56,338 bases of DNA. Origin: Gemmatimonadales bacterium (lineage in GTDB: Bacteria; Gemmatimonadota; Gemmatimonadetes; Gemmatimonadales; GWC2-71-9). This document shows positions 1 to 10,521 of this stretch, piece by piece. The notes beneath the pieces were generated by a model. It did no database searches, had not been told where the DNA came from, and saw only the letters and a program-made list of their open reading frames with translations. Position 1 is the stretch's first letter. Every line of letters begins with the position of its first letter. The stretch lies in the NCBI GenBank assembly GCA_039794085.1, contig JBDIWC010000027.1, forward strand, positions 1 to 56,338, written 5' to 3'. A program made the translations under genes and the position numbers.

Positions 1-131
1 CACCGGCGGAGGCCGTTCCCCGTCGCCAAGGCCGCCTTCAACCACCTCCGAAACACCCGCCCACGACGGAGAACGGATGCTCTGACGCTCCGACAGCTCC
101 TCGCCGACGGCAATTGCAGGATCCGGGTTGA
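1..131 (+). mobile_element. Probable right end of an IS1380-like insertion sequence
   Basis: Frame 3 is open from 3 and ends ...RRRQLQDPG* (TGA 129-131) after TTGCAGGATCCGGG (ends 127). IS1380-type transposase frames often end in xDPG/NPG at the right inverted repeat, with the stop supplied by the target (recalled family trait). The adjacent subtilase is cut exactly here. Confidence 0.4.
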
Positions 132-2056
132 ATCCCCAGATAGTAAGCGACCTCGTCAATCAGATCGATCATGGCAACCAAGCCGCCGGAATCGCGACTG
201 CCTCGGGCGACAATGGCGCCGGGATCGCCGGGATGATCTGGAAATCGAACCTGCGGCTCTATTCCCTCAACCGACTTGCAGCAGGCGGATTACCCGAGGG
301 CCCAGAGAACAGTCTGAGCACACTGGCTTCGGCACTCAGCGATGCAGCGAACCGGAATATCAAGATTGTAAACCTGTCCATGGGGGATGGCGATCCCGGA
401 GCCGCTGACGACCTTGTTAATGCGCGCAAATGGCTGAGGAACTACCTGGATTCCGGCCCCGACCGGCTGCTGGTCATCGCGGCGGGGAACGGCAATCGCC
501 AGATAACACTGACGGATCTTGCCAAGACAACCGACACGATCTTCAGCGCCTCCGACCGTGTCGCAGCGGAACTCATGACCGATTCCGCCGGGACATATCG
601 CGACAAGATCATCTTCGTCAGTGCGTTCGGACGCGATGGTCAACTCTGGTCGGATGCAAATGAGGGATCGAACGTCGTTCTGGGGGAGCAAACCCAGATC
701 GCGGCTCCGGGTGACAATGTTCTCTCGCTGGTCGATGTCGACGGTGTCCAGGTGACCGGTGGTACGTCGGCGGCGGCTCCGTTCGTGGCCGGGGTGGCGG
801 CACAGCTCTGGTCGATGGACCCGAACCTCACGGCCGCCGATGTGAAGAGATTCATTCTCCAAGGTGCCCGGGTGAAACGGCTTGATCCCGCGACAGGGGA
901 CTCGGTGCCGGCCCAGGCGGTGAGCGGGGCGGTGTTTCCCCTCGATGCCTACGGGGCCCTTTCGCTGATGTCAGCCGAGCGTGCGGGGACGCCGATCTGC
1001 GGCTTTTCGGCGAAGCTGTTCGGGCCGCTGGGAAGCCAGCGAATCTCCGTCCAGCGACCCGGTGGCGCCGAGGCGATCTCGTTGCCGTCCCAGACACGAC
1101 CGTATCACGATCTGTCCATCGCCCAAGGTGGCCGCAAGCTGGCGGTGTCGGGCTTCGGTTTCAAGGAACCGGGGCTCTCCTCCCCTCCGACGGGTGGACC
1201 AGCCTACGAGTTGTCCCTGAGTGGTGGATCGTGGACCCGCCGGTCCCTCGGCGAGTTGTTCGGGAGGCTCTTTCTCGAGAAGGACACCGTTGATGTCTGG
1301 TGGGGAGACGGGAGCCAGCCTCCCTCCGGCGTGGGCCTGACGGTCACCGACCCCGGGTTTGGATTTCACGCCACGATCCGCAGGAGCACCGGGACGGTCG
1401 ACAATCTGCGGCTCGAAACCCCGTTGGAGGGCCCCGTGGGGTCTCCGGGCGTTTTCGGATTCTCGTTCTCGCCCACGGGGAACGACGTGGTCATGGATGT
1501 CCGGGAATTTGCGACTGGGTGCTCTCAAGTATGGCGCATCGACCTCTTTTCCGGTGCACCGTCGCCCGTGCTGCCAGCTTCATGCACTCCACTCGTACCC
1601 CAGTTCGGCTCCGGGGTCGTGTGGGCACCGGATGGCGATCTCTTCATCATCGCCGAGGGCCACCTGTTCCTGCAGGAAACTGCCCTTTTCCAGAAGGTGG
1701 ACAGTGTCCCGCGTGTCAGGTTCTCGGCGCACCGAGTGTCCACCGGTCCCGTCAGCGGATCGGACACGACTTTCACCGGTCGTTTTGCCCAGATGCTCGG
1801 ATTCAGGTCCCCGTTCGCCCCCTTCGATTTCGGGATACCGCAAATCGATCCCACCGGCTCCCGGATGACATGGAGGGAGGGGACGTATGATGACACCAAC
1901 GGGCTGAGGTGCTTTATCACCACTCGCTCGACCGTGTGGCCGTATCCGGTGATCTCCTCTTCGGAGGTTGCCATTGGAACCAACACAGATGTGGTCACCG
2001 AATGTGTGACGCGGATCATGATGAACTCCCTGGACCCGCTCAGGTACCTGCCCTGA
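128..2056 (+). pseudogene. 5'-truncated S8 subtilase with C-terminal beta-rich domain; paralog of 48624-51749
   Basis: His motif DHGNQAAGI, oxyanion AAGNG and Ser motif GGTSAAAPFVAG are present. The catalytic Asp, prodomain and signal peptide are absent, and there is an in-frame stop upstream (83-85). Confidence 0.75.
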
Positions 2057-2185
2057 GCACCTGGATGAAGTAGAAACGCAGGAAGGCGGGATGCGGCCCG
2101 GGGGTTGGTGACCTGGGCCGTGTTCCTGTGCCCCAGCCACGGCCGGGAAATCTCCCTCACCTTCGCTGAGGGGCACTTCGCTCGC

Positions 2186-2280
2186 CGTGGGTGCGCCGCT
2201 TGCGGCGCACCCGAGCAGAAAACAGGGGTTGTCCCCTGGTGCGCCGCAAGCGGTGCACCCACAGGGTTGCGGCGCACCCG
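2186..2280. repeat. REP/REPIN-like inverted palindrome pair
   Basis: GTGG-GTGCGCCGC-TT-GCGGCGCACCC (hairpin 2189-2212), an inverted copy GGTGCGCCGCAAGCGGTGCACCCAC (2238-2262), then a partial third copy. Confidence 0.65.
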
Positions 2281-2490
2281 ATCGCGGTGACAACGGACTG
2301 ACTCGATGAGGCCCCCCCTCCTCACCTTCGTGTGTTTTCGTGTATTTCGTGGTTCCAGTTCGTCCGGGCACCGCCGGATTGGCTTCCATCCTTCGTGCAT
2401 CGTGATTGGCCCTCGCCTTGCCGTGCCGTCGGTCTGGCACCACTTTCCCTGGTCCGCGATTCGCCGCTTCCTCCACGGAGACATCTCCCG

Positions 2491-5085
2491 ATGACACGAC
2501 TTCCCGGTGCCCGGCTCGGGCTCCTCCGCCGGCTGGGGCTCCTTGCGCTCCTGCTCGTGGCCCTCGCCCCCGCTCCCATCATCGCGCAGGAGCCCGGGTC
2601 GGCCGCCCTGAAGCAGGCTCCAGAGGCCAACTGGCGGCTCGCGGCGCGCTTTGCACCGTACAAGATCCGCAAACTCGTCTACAGCACCTCCGTGAACCCC
2701 CGCTGGATCGAGGGGAGCGAGCGCTTCTGGTACGAGTGGGAGACCTCCGCCGGCAAGCGGTTCATGCTGGTGGACCCGGTGGCGGGCACCAAGCGTCAGT
2801 TCATTGACAGCGATCGTCTCGCCGCCGAACTCACCCGGATTACCAGGGATCCGTGGGATGGGCAGCACCTCCCGATCCGGAAGATCAAGTTCCTCGATGC
2901 CAACACGCTCCAGTTCGAGGTGGAATCCTCCCAGGACGAGGAGCGGGTCGACGCCGATTCGGCGCGCGGACAGCAGCAGGACCAGCGTCAGGGCGCCGCG
3001 CGCCGACCCCGCCCGAAGAAGAAGGTGTTCCACTTCGAATATGACGTGCAGACCGGGGCCCTCCGTGAGCTGACCGACCGCCAAGCGCCCGACAACCATC
3101 CGTCGTGGGCCAGCGTGTCGCCCGACGGGGCCACGATCATCTTTGCCCGGAAGCACAACCTGTTTCTGATGGACAGCACCGCCTACCGCCAGGTGCTCGA
3201 GGCGCGCCGCGGCAAGGAAGGCGCCGCCGCGGACAGCGCGGACTGGAAGGTGGAGGTGGCGGAGGTGCAGCTCACCACCGATGGAGAGGAGCACTTCAGC
3301 TATGCGGGCCGGGATTTCGGCGAAAAGGACGAGGACCGGGAGAAGAGCGCCGATCGGCGGAAACGGACCTTCATCTCCTGGTCACACGACTCCCGGCGGT
3401 TTGCCCTGGTGCGGCAGGACCAGCGGAAGGTGGGGGATCTCTGGGTCATCCACTCGACCGGCAACACCCGCCCGCAGCTTGAGACCTACAAGTACGACAT
3501 GCCGGGGGAGAAGGACGTCACCCAGTCCCATCTCCTGATCTACGACCTGACGCAACGAGGCATGGTGACGGTGAATGCCGAGGCCTTCAAGGACCAGCGG
3601 ATCGGCATCTTCAACGCGCGGCAGTTCCTCTATCCCGACAGCGACGAGCCCCGCCGCCAGCTCTGGCTCTCCGACGACTCCAACGAACTCCATTTCTGGC
3701 GCCGGAGCCGCGACCAGCACCGGGTTGACGTGGTCGTGGCCAACGCCGCCACCGGCGACGTGCGAGTGTTGATCGAGGAACGGCTCAACACCTACGTGGA
3801 GCACCAGACCCCGGAACGCCTCGCCTCGGGTGACCTCCTCTGGTGGTCGGAACGGGATGGCTGGGCTCACCTCTACCGGTACGGGCCGGATGGCACCCTC
3901 AAGGGGCGGCTGACCGAGGGGCCCTGGCATGTGGGTGGGATCGAGGGAGTCGATGAGGCGCGTGGCTTTGTGTACCTCACGGCGAACGGACGGGAGAGGG
4001 GAGAGGATCCCTACTACCGGCACCTCTACCGGGTGGGGCTCGACGGGCGGGGGCTCACCCTCCTCAACAGCGGGGACTTCGACCACCGCTCCGATCTGGG
4101 TGCCAGCCGTCGCTTCGCCGTGAACAACTACTCCCGCGTGAACACCACTCCAGCGGCTTCGTTGGTGGATGTCACCACGGGGCGGAAAGTGCTCGACCTT
4201 GAGGAGGCCGACTTCTCCAAGCTGTTGGAGGCGGGGTATCGTTTCCCCGAGCCGTACACCGTGAAGGCGGCGGATGGCATCACCGACCTCTATGGCGTCA
4301 TCTACAAGCCCTTCGACTTTGACTCGACACGACAGTATCCCCTCATCGAGTACGTCTACCCCGGTCCCCAGACCGAGGCGGTGAGCAAGTCGTTCTCCAC
4401 CAATGCGCCGGAAACCGGGCTCGCCCAGTTCGGCTTCGTTGTCGTGACGATCGGGAATCGGGGTGGACACCCCGATCGCTCCAAGTGGTACCACAACCAG
4501 GGGTACGGCGACCTGCGGGACTACGGTCTCGCCGACAAGAAGGTGACGGTGGAGCAGTTGGCCGACCGGCACCCCTGGATCGACCCCGACCGGGTCGGGA
4601 TTTACGGTCACTCCGGCGGAGGGTTCATGTCCACCGCGGCGATGCTGGTCTACCCCGATCTCTTCAAGGTGGCGGTCTCCTCTTCGGGGAACCACGAGAA
4701 CAATATCTACAACCAGAACTGGTCGGAAAAGCACCACGGAGTGAAGGAAGTGGCCCGGGGGGACAGCATCACCTTCGAGTACGCCATCGAGAAGAACTCG
4801 GAGCTGGCCCGCAACCTGAAGGGCCACCTGATGCTGACCACGGGAGACATCGACAACAATGTCCATCCCGGCGGAACCTTCCGCATGGCCGAGGCGTTGA
4901 TCAAGGCCAACAAGCGCTTCGACTTCTTCATTTTTCCGGGACAGCGGCACGGCTATGGCAACATGAGCGACTACTGGTTCTGGCTCCGCTCGGAGTACTT
5001 CGTGCGTCACCTCCTGGGCGACACGCGGGGCAACGTGAACATCGCGGAACTCGACCTGGAGCGGGATCCGCCGCGGGGGAACTGA
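2491..5085 (+). CDS. S9 family dipeptidyl peptidase IV-like peptidase, secreted
   Basis: Signal peptide; DPPIV-N propeller region; nucleophile motif GHSGGG, DNNVH (Asp) and GQRHGY (His). Confidence 0.9.
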   Translation: MTRLPGARLGLLRRLGLLALLLVALAPAPIIAQEPGSAALKQAPEANWRLAARFAPYKIRKLVYSTSVNPRWIEGSERFWYEWETSAGKRFMLVDPVAGTKRQFIDSDRLAAELTRITRDPWDGQHLPIRKIKFLDANTLQFEVESSQDEERVDADSARGQQQDQRQGAARRPRPKKKVFHFEYDVQTGALRELTDRQAPDNHPSWASVSPDGATIIFARKHNLFLMDSTAYRQVLEARRGKEGAAADSADWKVEVAEVQLTTDGEEHFSYAGRDFGEKDEDREKSADRRKRTFISWSHDSRRFALVRQDQRKVGDLWVIHSTGNTRPQLETYKYDMPGEKDVTQSHLLIYDLTQRGMVTVNAEAFKDQRIGIFNARQFLYPDSDEPRRQLWLSDDSNELHFWRRSRDQHRVDVVVANAATGDVRVLIEERLNTYVEHQTPERLASGDLLWWSERDGWAHLYRYGPDGTLKGRLTEGPWHVGGIEGVDEARGFVYLTANGRERGEDPYYRHLYRVGLDGRGLTLLNSGDFDHRSDLGASRRFAVNNYSRVNTTPAASLVDVTTGRKVLDLEEADFSKLLEAGYRFPEPYTVKAADGITDLYGVIYKPFDFDSTRQYPLIEYVYPGPQTEAVSKSFSTNAPETGLAQFGFVVVTIGNRGGHPDRSKWYHNQGYGDLRDYGLADKKVTVEQLADRHPWIDPDRVGIYGHSGGGFMSTAAMLVYPDLFKVAVSSSGNHENNIYNQNWSEKHHGVKEVARGDSITFEYAIEKNSELARNLKGHLMLTTGDIDNNVHPGGTFRMAEALIKANKRFDFFIFPGQRHGYGNMSDYWFWLRSEYFVRHLLGDTRGNVNIAELDLERDPPRGN

Positions 5086-5087
5086 CC

Positions 5088-5762
5088 ATGGAAATCCTGG
5101 TGGTGGACATCGGGGGGGCCAACGTGAAGGTCCGGAGGAGCGGGCAGGAGGCGCCGATCCGGATCCCCTCCGGGTCCACCATGACTCCCGACACCATGAT
5201 GGAACAGATCGCCGCGGAGATCACCGGGTGGACCCATGACGTGGTGGCGATCGGCTATCCCGGGATCGTCCGGGACGGAGCGCCGGTGGCCGAGCCGCAG
5301 AACCTGGGGCCCGGATGGGTCGGCTTCGACTTTGCCGCCGCGTTCGGACGTCCGGTGCGCCTCGTCAACGACGCCGCGATGCAGGCTCTCGGCGGGTATG
5401 CCGGGGGCCGGATGCTCTACCTCGGCGTGGGCACCGGTCTCGGCTCGGCGCTGATGGTGGAGGGCGTGCTCCAGCCGCTGGAGCTGGCCCATCTCCCCTA
5501 CCGGAAGGGGAGAACCTTCGAGGAGGAAGTGGGCCGCGAGGGCCGGGAACGCCTCGGGAAGAAGAAGTGGCGTCGCCGGGTGATCGACGTGGTGCACCGG
5601 CTCGCCACCGCGATGCAGGCCGATTCGGTGCTGCTGGGGGGCGGTGAGGCGAAGCGCCTCGCCTCGCGGATCGACAAGCTGCCTCCGGGCACGCGCATCG
5701 GGTCGAACGAGGACGCCTTCACCGGCGGACTCCGGATGTGGGAGGCGGCACAGGCTCCCTGA
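5088..5762 (+). CDS. ROK family sugar kinase (polyphosphate glucokinase-like)
   Basis: VDIGG, VNDAAMQALG, GTGLGSA and LELAHLPY motifs. Confidence 0.85.
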   Translation: MEILVVDIGGANVKVRRSGQEAPIRIPSGSTMTPDTMMEQIAAEITGWTHDVVAIGYPGIVRDGAPVAEPQNLGPGWVGFDFAAAFGRPVRLVNDAAMQALGGYAGGRMLYLGVGTGLGSALMVEGVLQPLELAHLPYRKGRTFEEEVGREGRERLGKKKWRRRVIDVVHRLATAMQADSVLLGGGEAKRLASRIDKLPPGTRIGSNEDAFTGGLRMWEAAQAP

Positions 5763-6879
5763 CCTCTCGCTCCGCCGCCACGACCTCCTTCATGGAACCC
5801 ACGAACCGCTCCAGATCTCCGTCCTCCATCTCCCCCATCACCGCCACCCGGAACACCGCCCGCGCCAGCGCTCCCTGACCGGCGTAGATCACGAACCCCC
5901 GTTGCTTGAGCCCGTCGTGCAGGGCGTCATACGACACGCCGGCCGGAAGTTGCCAGGAGCGCAATGCCACGGAGGATTCCTCCTCGCGAAGGAGCGGCGC
6001 CATCCCCATCGCCTCGAACCCCCGGGCCACGAGGCGCGCCCTCGTCGCGTAACGAGCCCGGCGGGCCGCCACTCCTCCCTCGTCGGCGTGTTCCCGCAGC
6101 GCCTCGACGCACGCCTGCATCGCGGTGACCGGTGGCGTGAAGGGGGTTCCCCGGGTGTCCTGGGCGCGGCACCAGGTGCCGAGGTCCAGGGAGAGGGTGC
6201 GGGGTGTGACGGAGGGAGGGAGGAGCGCGTCCCGGCGGACGATCACGAACGCCACTCCCGGAACACCGTGCAGGCACTTATTGGCGGTGCCGGCGCAGGC
6301 GGTGATTCCCCAGGCTTCGAAGTCGATCGGTTCCGCTCCGAAGCTGCTGACGGCGTCGAGGAGGACACCCACGCCCCGGTCCCGGCAGGCGGTGCCAATC
6401 CGGGCAATCGGGTTGAGCCTCCCGGTGGTGGTCTCGTGGTGGACCACCGCGAGATGCGTCGGGCAGGGGCTGTGGTCGAGGAGGCCGGTGACCGCGTCGA
6501 GGGGAATGTCGGCGCCCCACGGGAGGGTGAGGCGGGTGTGGGTGAGGCGGTGGATCGCGGCAATCCGGGAGAGCCGCTCGCCGTAGACCCCGTTCTCCAC
6601 CACGGCCAGGGATCCGGTGGCGGGTACGAGGCTGCTCACCATCGCTTCCATCGCCGTGGTGCCGGATCCGCCGAGGAGAACCGCGGCCCATCTGGCCGGG
6701 TCCAGGTCGTAGACCTCGAGGAGACGGCGGCGCACTTCGTCCTGCAGATCGGCGTACTCCGTTTCCCGGTGACAGAGATCGGGCCCGTGCAGCGCGGTTC
6801 GCACCCGGGCCGAGAGGGTGACGGGGCCCGGGTTGAGCAAAATGGTCCGATCGGTTGCGTTGATGGGGTCGGGGATCAT
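5719..6879 (-). CDS. aepZ: 2-aminoethylphosphonate aminotransferase (PLP class V, AepZ/PhnW-like)
   Basis: LLNPGP, HHETTTG, DAVSSFG, ANKCLHG (PLP Lys), GFVIYAGQG; ATGA overlap with ppd. Confidence 0.9.
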   Translation of the reverse strand: MIPDPINATDRTILLNPGPVTLSARVRTALHGPDLCHRETEYADLQDEVRRRLLEVYDLDPARWAAVLLGGSGTTAMEAMVSSLVPATGSLAVVENGVYGERLSRIAAIHRLTHTRLTLPWGADIPLDAVTGLLDHSPCPTHLAVVHHETTTGRLNPIARIGTACRDRGVGVLLDAVSSFGAEPIDFEAWGITACAGTANKCLHGVPGVAFVIVRRDALLPPSVTPRTLSLDLGTWCRAQDTRGTPFTPPVTAMQACVEALREHADEGGVAARRARYATRARLVARGFEAMGMAPLLREEESSVALRSWQLPAGVSYDALHDGLKQRGFVIYAGQGALARAVFRVAVMGEMEDGDLERFVGSMKEVVAAEREVREPVPPPTSGVRR

Positions 6880-8051
6880 GGCGCCCCCCACAAGGTGGCT
6901 CCGATATGGGACATGAGGCGCTCCTTGACCTGCACGGGAGAGAGGTCGGGACGGGGCAGACGGTCGGCGACGCCGGGTCGGATGCGAAGGTGGAGAAAGC
7001 GAGGACCGGAGCGGGGCTCCGGGCCGGTGAGGAGAGCGTCGATGGCGTCGAGCCGATCGCACTCGGTGGCGTGGTGATAGCCGCAGGCTGCGGCGATGCC
7101 GGCAAAGTGGACTCGGGAAGAGACCGTAGGTTGTCCACCAGTGGATTCGTGCATCTGATTGTCCAGGAGGAGATGGATCAGATTGCCCCCCGCGTGGGCC
7201 CCGATGGTGGCGAAGGTTCCCATCCGCATCAGGGCGGCACCGTCTCCGTCAATCACGACCACCCGGAGATCGGGCCGGGCCTGGGAGAGCCCGAGGCCCA
7301 CGGCCGTGGCGCACCCCATGGAACCGACCATGTAGAAGTGATTGGGCCGATCGTCGAGCGCGAAAAGCTCACGACCGGTGTACCCCGTCGTGGCGATCAC
7401 CACGGTGGCGCCGTCGGGTCGTGTGTGCTCGAGGAGTCGGCCGAGCGCCTCGGCGCGGGTGGGCCACTGCGCGGGGTCACTCACCTCCTCTTCCGGCCGA
7501 GGACCGACCCACCCCGAGGGGGGAACACTTCGGACGGTTCGCGGTGAACGCGGGGCGACCGTTCCCTTGTGCATCAGAAGCGCGAAGGAACGGTGCTCGG
7601 TGCGCAGGTGGCGAAGCGCGCGTTCGAGGATGGAGGGCACGGTGCCGGGTGCCCCGGGGAAGCGCTCCCACGGGACCTGCATCGTGTCCAGCAGGGATCC
7701 GGTGATCCGCCCCATCAGTTCGTGCTGGGGTTCATCTCTCAGGTCCGGTGCTCCGCGCCAGGTGACGATCAGGAGAACCGGGAGCCGGAAGACCCAGGCG
7801 AGGGAGGTGAGGGGGCTCACCGCATTGCCGAGACCGGAGTTTTGCATCATAGCAACGCCAGGATGCCCGCCGAGTGCGGCGCCGGCCATGGCGGCCACGG
7901 CCTCACCTTCGTTGGCCGCCGTGAGACAGGGAAGTCCCGCCTCGTGGATCACATGATCGAGGAACGGGGTGAGAAAGGAACAGGGCACCCCGGCATACCG
8001 GGCCAGGCCGAGATCACGGGCCGGGGCGACGAACTCCGCGGCCTCGATCAC
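6876..8051 (-). CDS. aepY: Phosphonopyruvate decarboxylase
   Basis: [35 protein letters not shown] and the TPP motif DGDGA...N; GTGA overlap with pepM. Confidence 0.93.
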   Translation of the reverse strand: MIEAAEFVAPARDLGLARYAGVPCSFLTPFLDHVIHEAGLPCLTAANEGEAVAAMAGAALGGHPGVAMMQNSGLGNAVSPLTSLAWVFRLPVLLIVTWRGAPDLRDEPQHELMGRITGSLLDTMQVPWERFPGAPGTVPSILERALRHLRTEHRSFALLMHKGTVAPRSPRTVRSVPPSGWVGPRPEEEVSDPAQWPTRAEALGRLLEHTRPDGATVVIATTGYTGRELFALDDRPNHFYMVGSMGCATAVGLGLSQARPDLRVVVIDGDGAALMRMGTFATIGAHAGGNLIHLLLDNQMHESTGGQPTVSSRVHFAGIAAACGYHHATECDRLDAIDALLTGPEPRSGPRFLHLRIRPGVADRLPRPDLSPVQVKERLMSHIGATLWGAP

Positions 8052-9709
8052 GCAAACGCTCCGGCCTGGTGCAGGTCCTCCAGGTCATTGACATCGAGCC
8101 AGTGTCCGCTGATGTAACAGACTGCGGGCGGCGTGCCGCTCTCCGCGAGATGTGTGAGGAGGAACGGGAGATCGAGCCGGTCGAAATCGGGACGGGACTG
8201 AAGTTCGGCCAGGGTCCGCCGAAGGTGTTGTGTGCCCTCACCGCGCGCCCGAATCATTCCGACCCACCGGCCGTGGGGGGAGACACCGTTGGATCCCGGG
8301 GTCGCGGAGACCCGGAGCAGGGACACCCGTTGGTCGAAGATTCCCCGATCGTCCGCGGCGCTGCAGTGGGCCAGGTCCCGGTCGAGGTGGCGGTCTCCCG
8401 GGCGCACGGAGGAATCGACGACGGTGACCACGTCTCCCTCGGTCTGGAAGAGACGATCGAGGATGTAGCTCCGGAAGAGGATGTCGCCATACAGCAGGAG
8501 CACGTCTCCCTCCATGATCTCCAGGGCGCGGGCGAGGGAGGCGAGTTCGCCGGTCGTGTCGTGGTGGGGATTGAGGAGGACGGTGACACCCGGAATGTCG
8601 ATGGCCTCGGCGCGCCACCCCCCCACCACGGTGAGGTCGTGCATTCCCTGGCCCTTCAGGGTGTCCACCATCCGGCGAAGCAGCGGGACTCCCGCCACGG
8701 GAAGCATCACCTTGGGGCGATCCTCCGTCACCGCCTCCAGCCCCGCACCGCGGGTGGCTCCCAGGATGATGGCCCGGGTCTGTCCGTGTCCGGTGTCGGC
8801 ATACCGTCGCTCGGCCTCTAACAACTCGTCGGCGCCCTGCAGCCGGAACACCTCGTCCACCGGTGCGATGCGGTCCTCCACCGTCACCAGCGTCTGTCGG
8901 GTGTGAATCTCCCGTGCGGTCTCCTGCATGGCTCGGATGGAGGAACGGAGCAGATGGTTGGCCCAGATGACCACGTTGATTCCGGCCCGGCGGAACACGT
9001 CGGTGGGAGTGGAGTAGTACTTGGTGGGAACGATGACGAGGGGGGCGCGTCCCGCCCATTCCCGGGCAAAGTCGAGGATCTCGTCGGGTCGCGATCTCTT
9101 GCTGTGGATCAGGATCGCATCGGCGCCCGCCTGGCGGTAGGCCTCGGCCCGGCGCAGCGCCTCCGACAGACCCCAGCCGGCGATCAAGGCCTCCACCCGC
9201 GCCACCAGGCAGAAGTCGTCCGTGCACTGGCTGTCCTTCCCCGCCTTGATCTTGCCGCAGAACTCGTCCACGTCGGCGAGCGGCTGCCGTTCCCCCCGGA
9301 TGAAGCTGTTGGTCTTGGGGAACTGCTTGTCCTCGATGCAGACGCCGGCGATGCCGCGCTGTTCCAGTTTGCCCACGAGCCGCCGGACGTTGTTGAAGTT
9401 TCCATACCCGGTATCGCCATCGAGCAGAATGGGGATGGTGGTCGTGTCGGCCATGAACTCCAGGACATCCACCACCTGGGTCCAGCTCGCCTCGTTGCTG
9501 TCCCGCACGCCCAGCTGGGCGGAAATCGAGAGCCCACTCCCCCAGAGACCGGCAAAGCCCGCCTCCTCCGCGATCCGGGCGCTGAGTCCGTTGTGGGCCT
9601 CCATCAGGAAGTCGAGGTCGGGGGAAGTCAGCAGGCGACGCAGGGCGGCCGCCTTGCCGGGGGCCTGACACCGCGGGGCCACGGGAAGCCGAGGCAGGAT
9701 GCTGATCAT
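8048..9709 (-). CDS. aepX: Phosphoenolpyruvate mutase fused to a C-terminal nucleotidyl(cytidylyl)transferase
   Basis: PepM signature [26 protein letters not shown]-terminal IILGATRG...DRPKVML...LYGDILF NTP-transferase domain. Confidence 0.95.
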   Translation of the reverse strand: MISILPRLPVAPRCQAPGKAAALRRLLTSPDLDFLMEAHNGLSARIAEEAGFAGLWGSGLSISAQLGVRDSNEASWTQVVDVLEFMADTTTIPILLDGDTGYGNFNNVRRLVGKLEQRGIAGVCIEDKQFPKTNSFIRGERQPLADVDEFCGKIKAGKDSQCTDDFCLVARVEALIAGWGLSEALRRAEAYRQAGADAILIHSKRSRPDEILDFAREWAGRAPLVIVPTKYYSTPTDVFRRAGINVVIWANHLLRSSIRAMQETAREIHTRQTLVTVEDRIAPVDEVFRLQGADELLEAERRYADTGHGQTRAIILGATRGAGLEAVTEDRPKVMLPVAGVPLLRRMVDTLKGQGMHDLTVVGGWRAEAIDIPGVTVLLNPHHDTTGELASLARALEIMEGDVLLLYGDILFRSYILDRLFQTEGDVVTVVDSSVRPGDRHLDRDLAHCSAADDRGIFDQRVSLLRVSATPGSNGVSPHGRWVGMIRARGEGTQHLRRTLAELQSRPDFDRLDLPFLLTHLAESGTPPAVCYISGHWLDVNDLEDLHQAGAFA

Positions 9710-10521
9710 GGGGAACGCTCCGTCGTGAGGTGGGCGACATCCCGAGATGTGTCGGTGATCCCGGGGAGGGCATCGAGGAGGTGGAGAATGGTGGCATGAG
9801 CGCGGTCCATATCCTCCGGAAAGTCGATCTCGATCCAGGGAAGGCCGGTGATATCCTCCGCGCCCCATTCGCCGATGGGACTCTCCAGAATCAGGTCACG
9901 CAGCACTTCCTCGTGTGGAGCATCGTGCCGACCCTGATCGAGATACCGGCGGGTCCGCTGTGCCAGCCGTGGCCCACCTGACGCCGAGAGGCGAAAGAAT
10001 CCCACCGACTCACCTACGGTGTCATGGCGCAGGTCCGCGGCGATCTGTTTGCGGAACTCGATGACCTGCCCCTTTCTCAGGCAGACCTTGACCGGCTCCT
10101 CCCCTTCGGCGGATGATCGGTCGAGCAGGAGGCGTTGCGGGGGACCCGGTGTGAGCAGGGGTGCGAGGATGCGACCGTCGCAGAGGACATCGGCGTCCAG
10201 GAGGATCGTCTCCTCGCCCGCGGTGAGCCAGGGAGCCGCGGTGTCCAGGCTTACCACGCTTCCCTCGCGGAAGCGGGGGTTCCATCGGGTCTCGGGTCGG
10301 GGGGTGATGTCAAGATGGTCCAGGGCGGCCTCGATGGCGTGATCGTGCCACCCGGTCACGATGACTATCCGGAAGATACCAGCATCGTGCAGCATCCGGA
10401 GTTGCCGCTCGAGCAGGGTGTGGCCCCCGAAGGGGAGCAGACACTTGGGGAGTCGGTCCGCCTCGTCGGTGCCGCGGCAGAGTCGGCGCCCGATGCCCGC
10501 GGCGAGGATTACTGCCCTCAC
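9706..10521 (-). CDS. Phosphocholine/phosphonate cytidylyltransferase family protein
   Basis: GTG start; [12 protein letters not shown]...[28 protein letters not shown]; 4-nt overlaps on both sides. Confidence 0.88.
   Translation of the reverse strand: MRAVILAAGIGRRLCRGTDEADRLPKCLLPFGGHTLLERQLRMLHDAGIFRIVIVTGWHDHAIEAALDHLDITPRPETRWNPRFREGSVVSLDTAAPWLTAGEETILLDADVLCDGRILAPLLTPGPPQRLLLDRSSAEGEEPVKVCLRKGQVIEFRKQIAADLRHDTVGESVGFFRLSASGGPRLAQRTRRYLDQGRHDAPHEEVLRDLILESPIGEWGAEDITGLPWIEIDFPEDMDRAHATILHLLDALPGITDTSRDVAHLTTERSP

Noticed and set aside
5719..6879. AEP catabolism (phnW-phnX)
   Set aside because: It is coupled to pepM and ppd with no phosphonatase, so the direction is biosynthetic.
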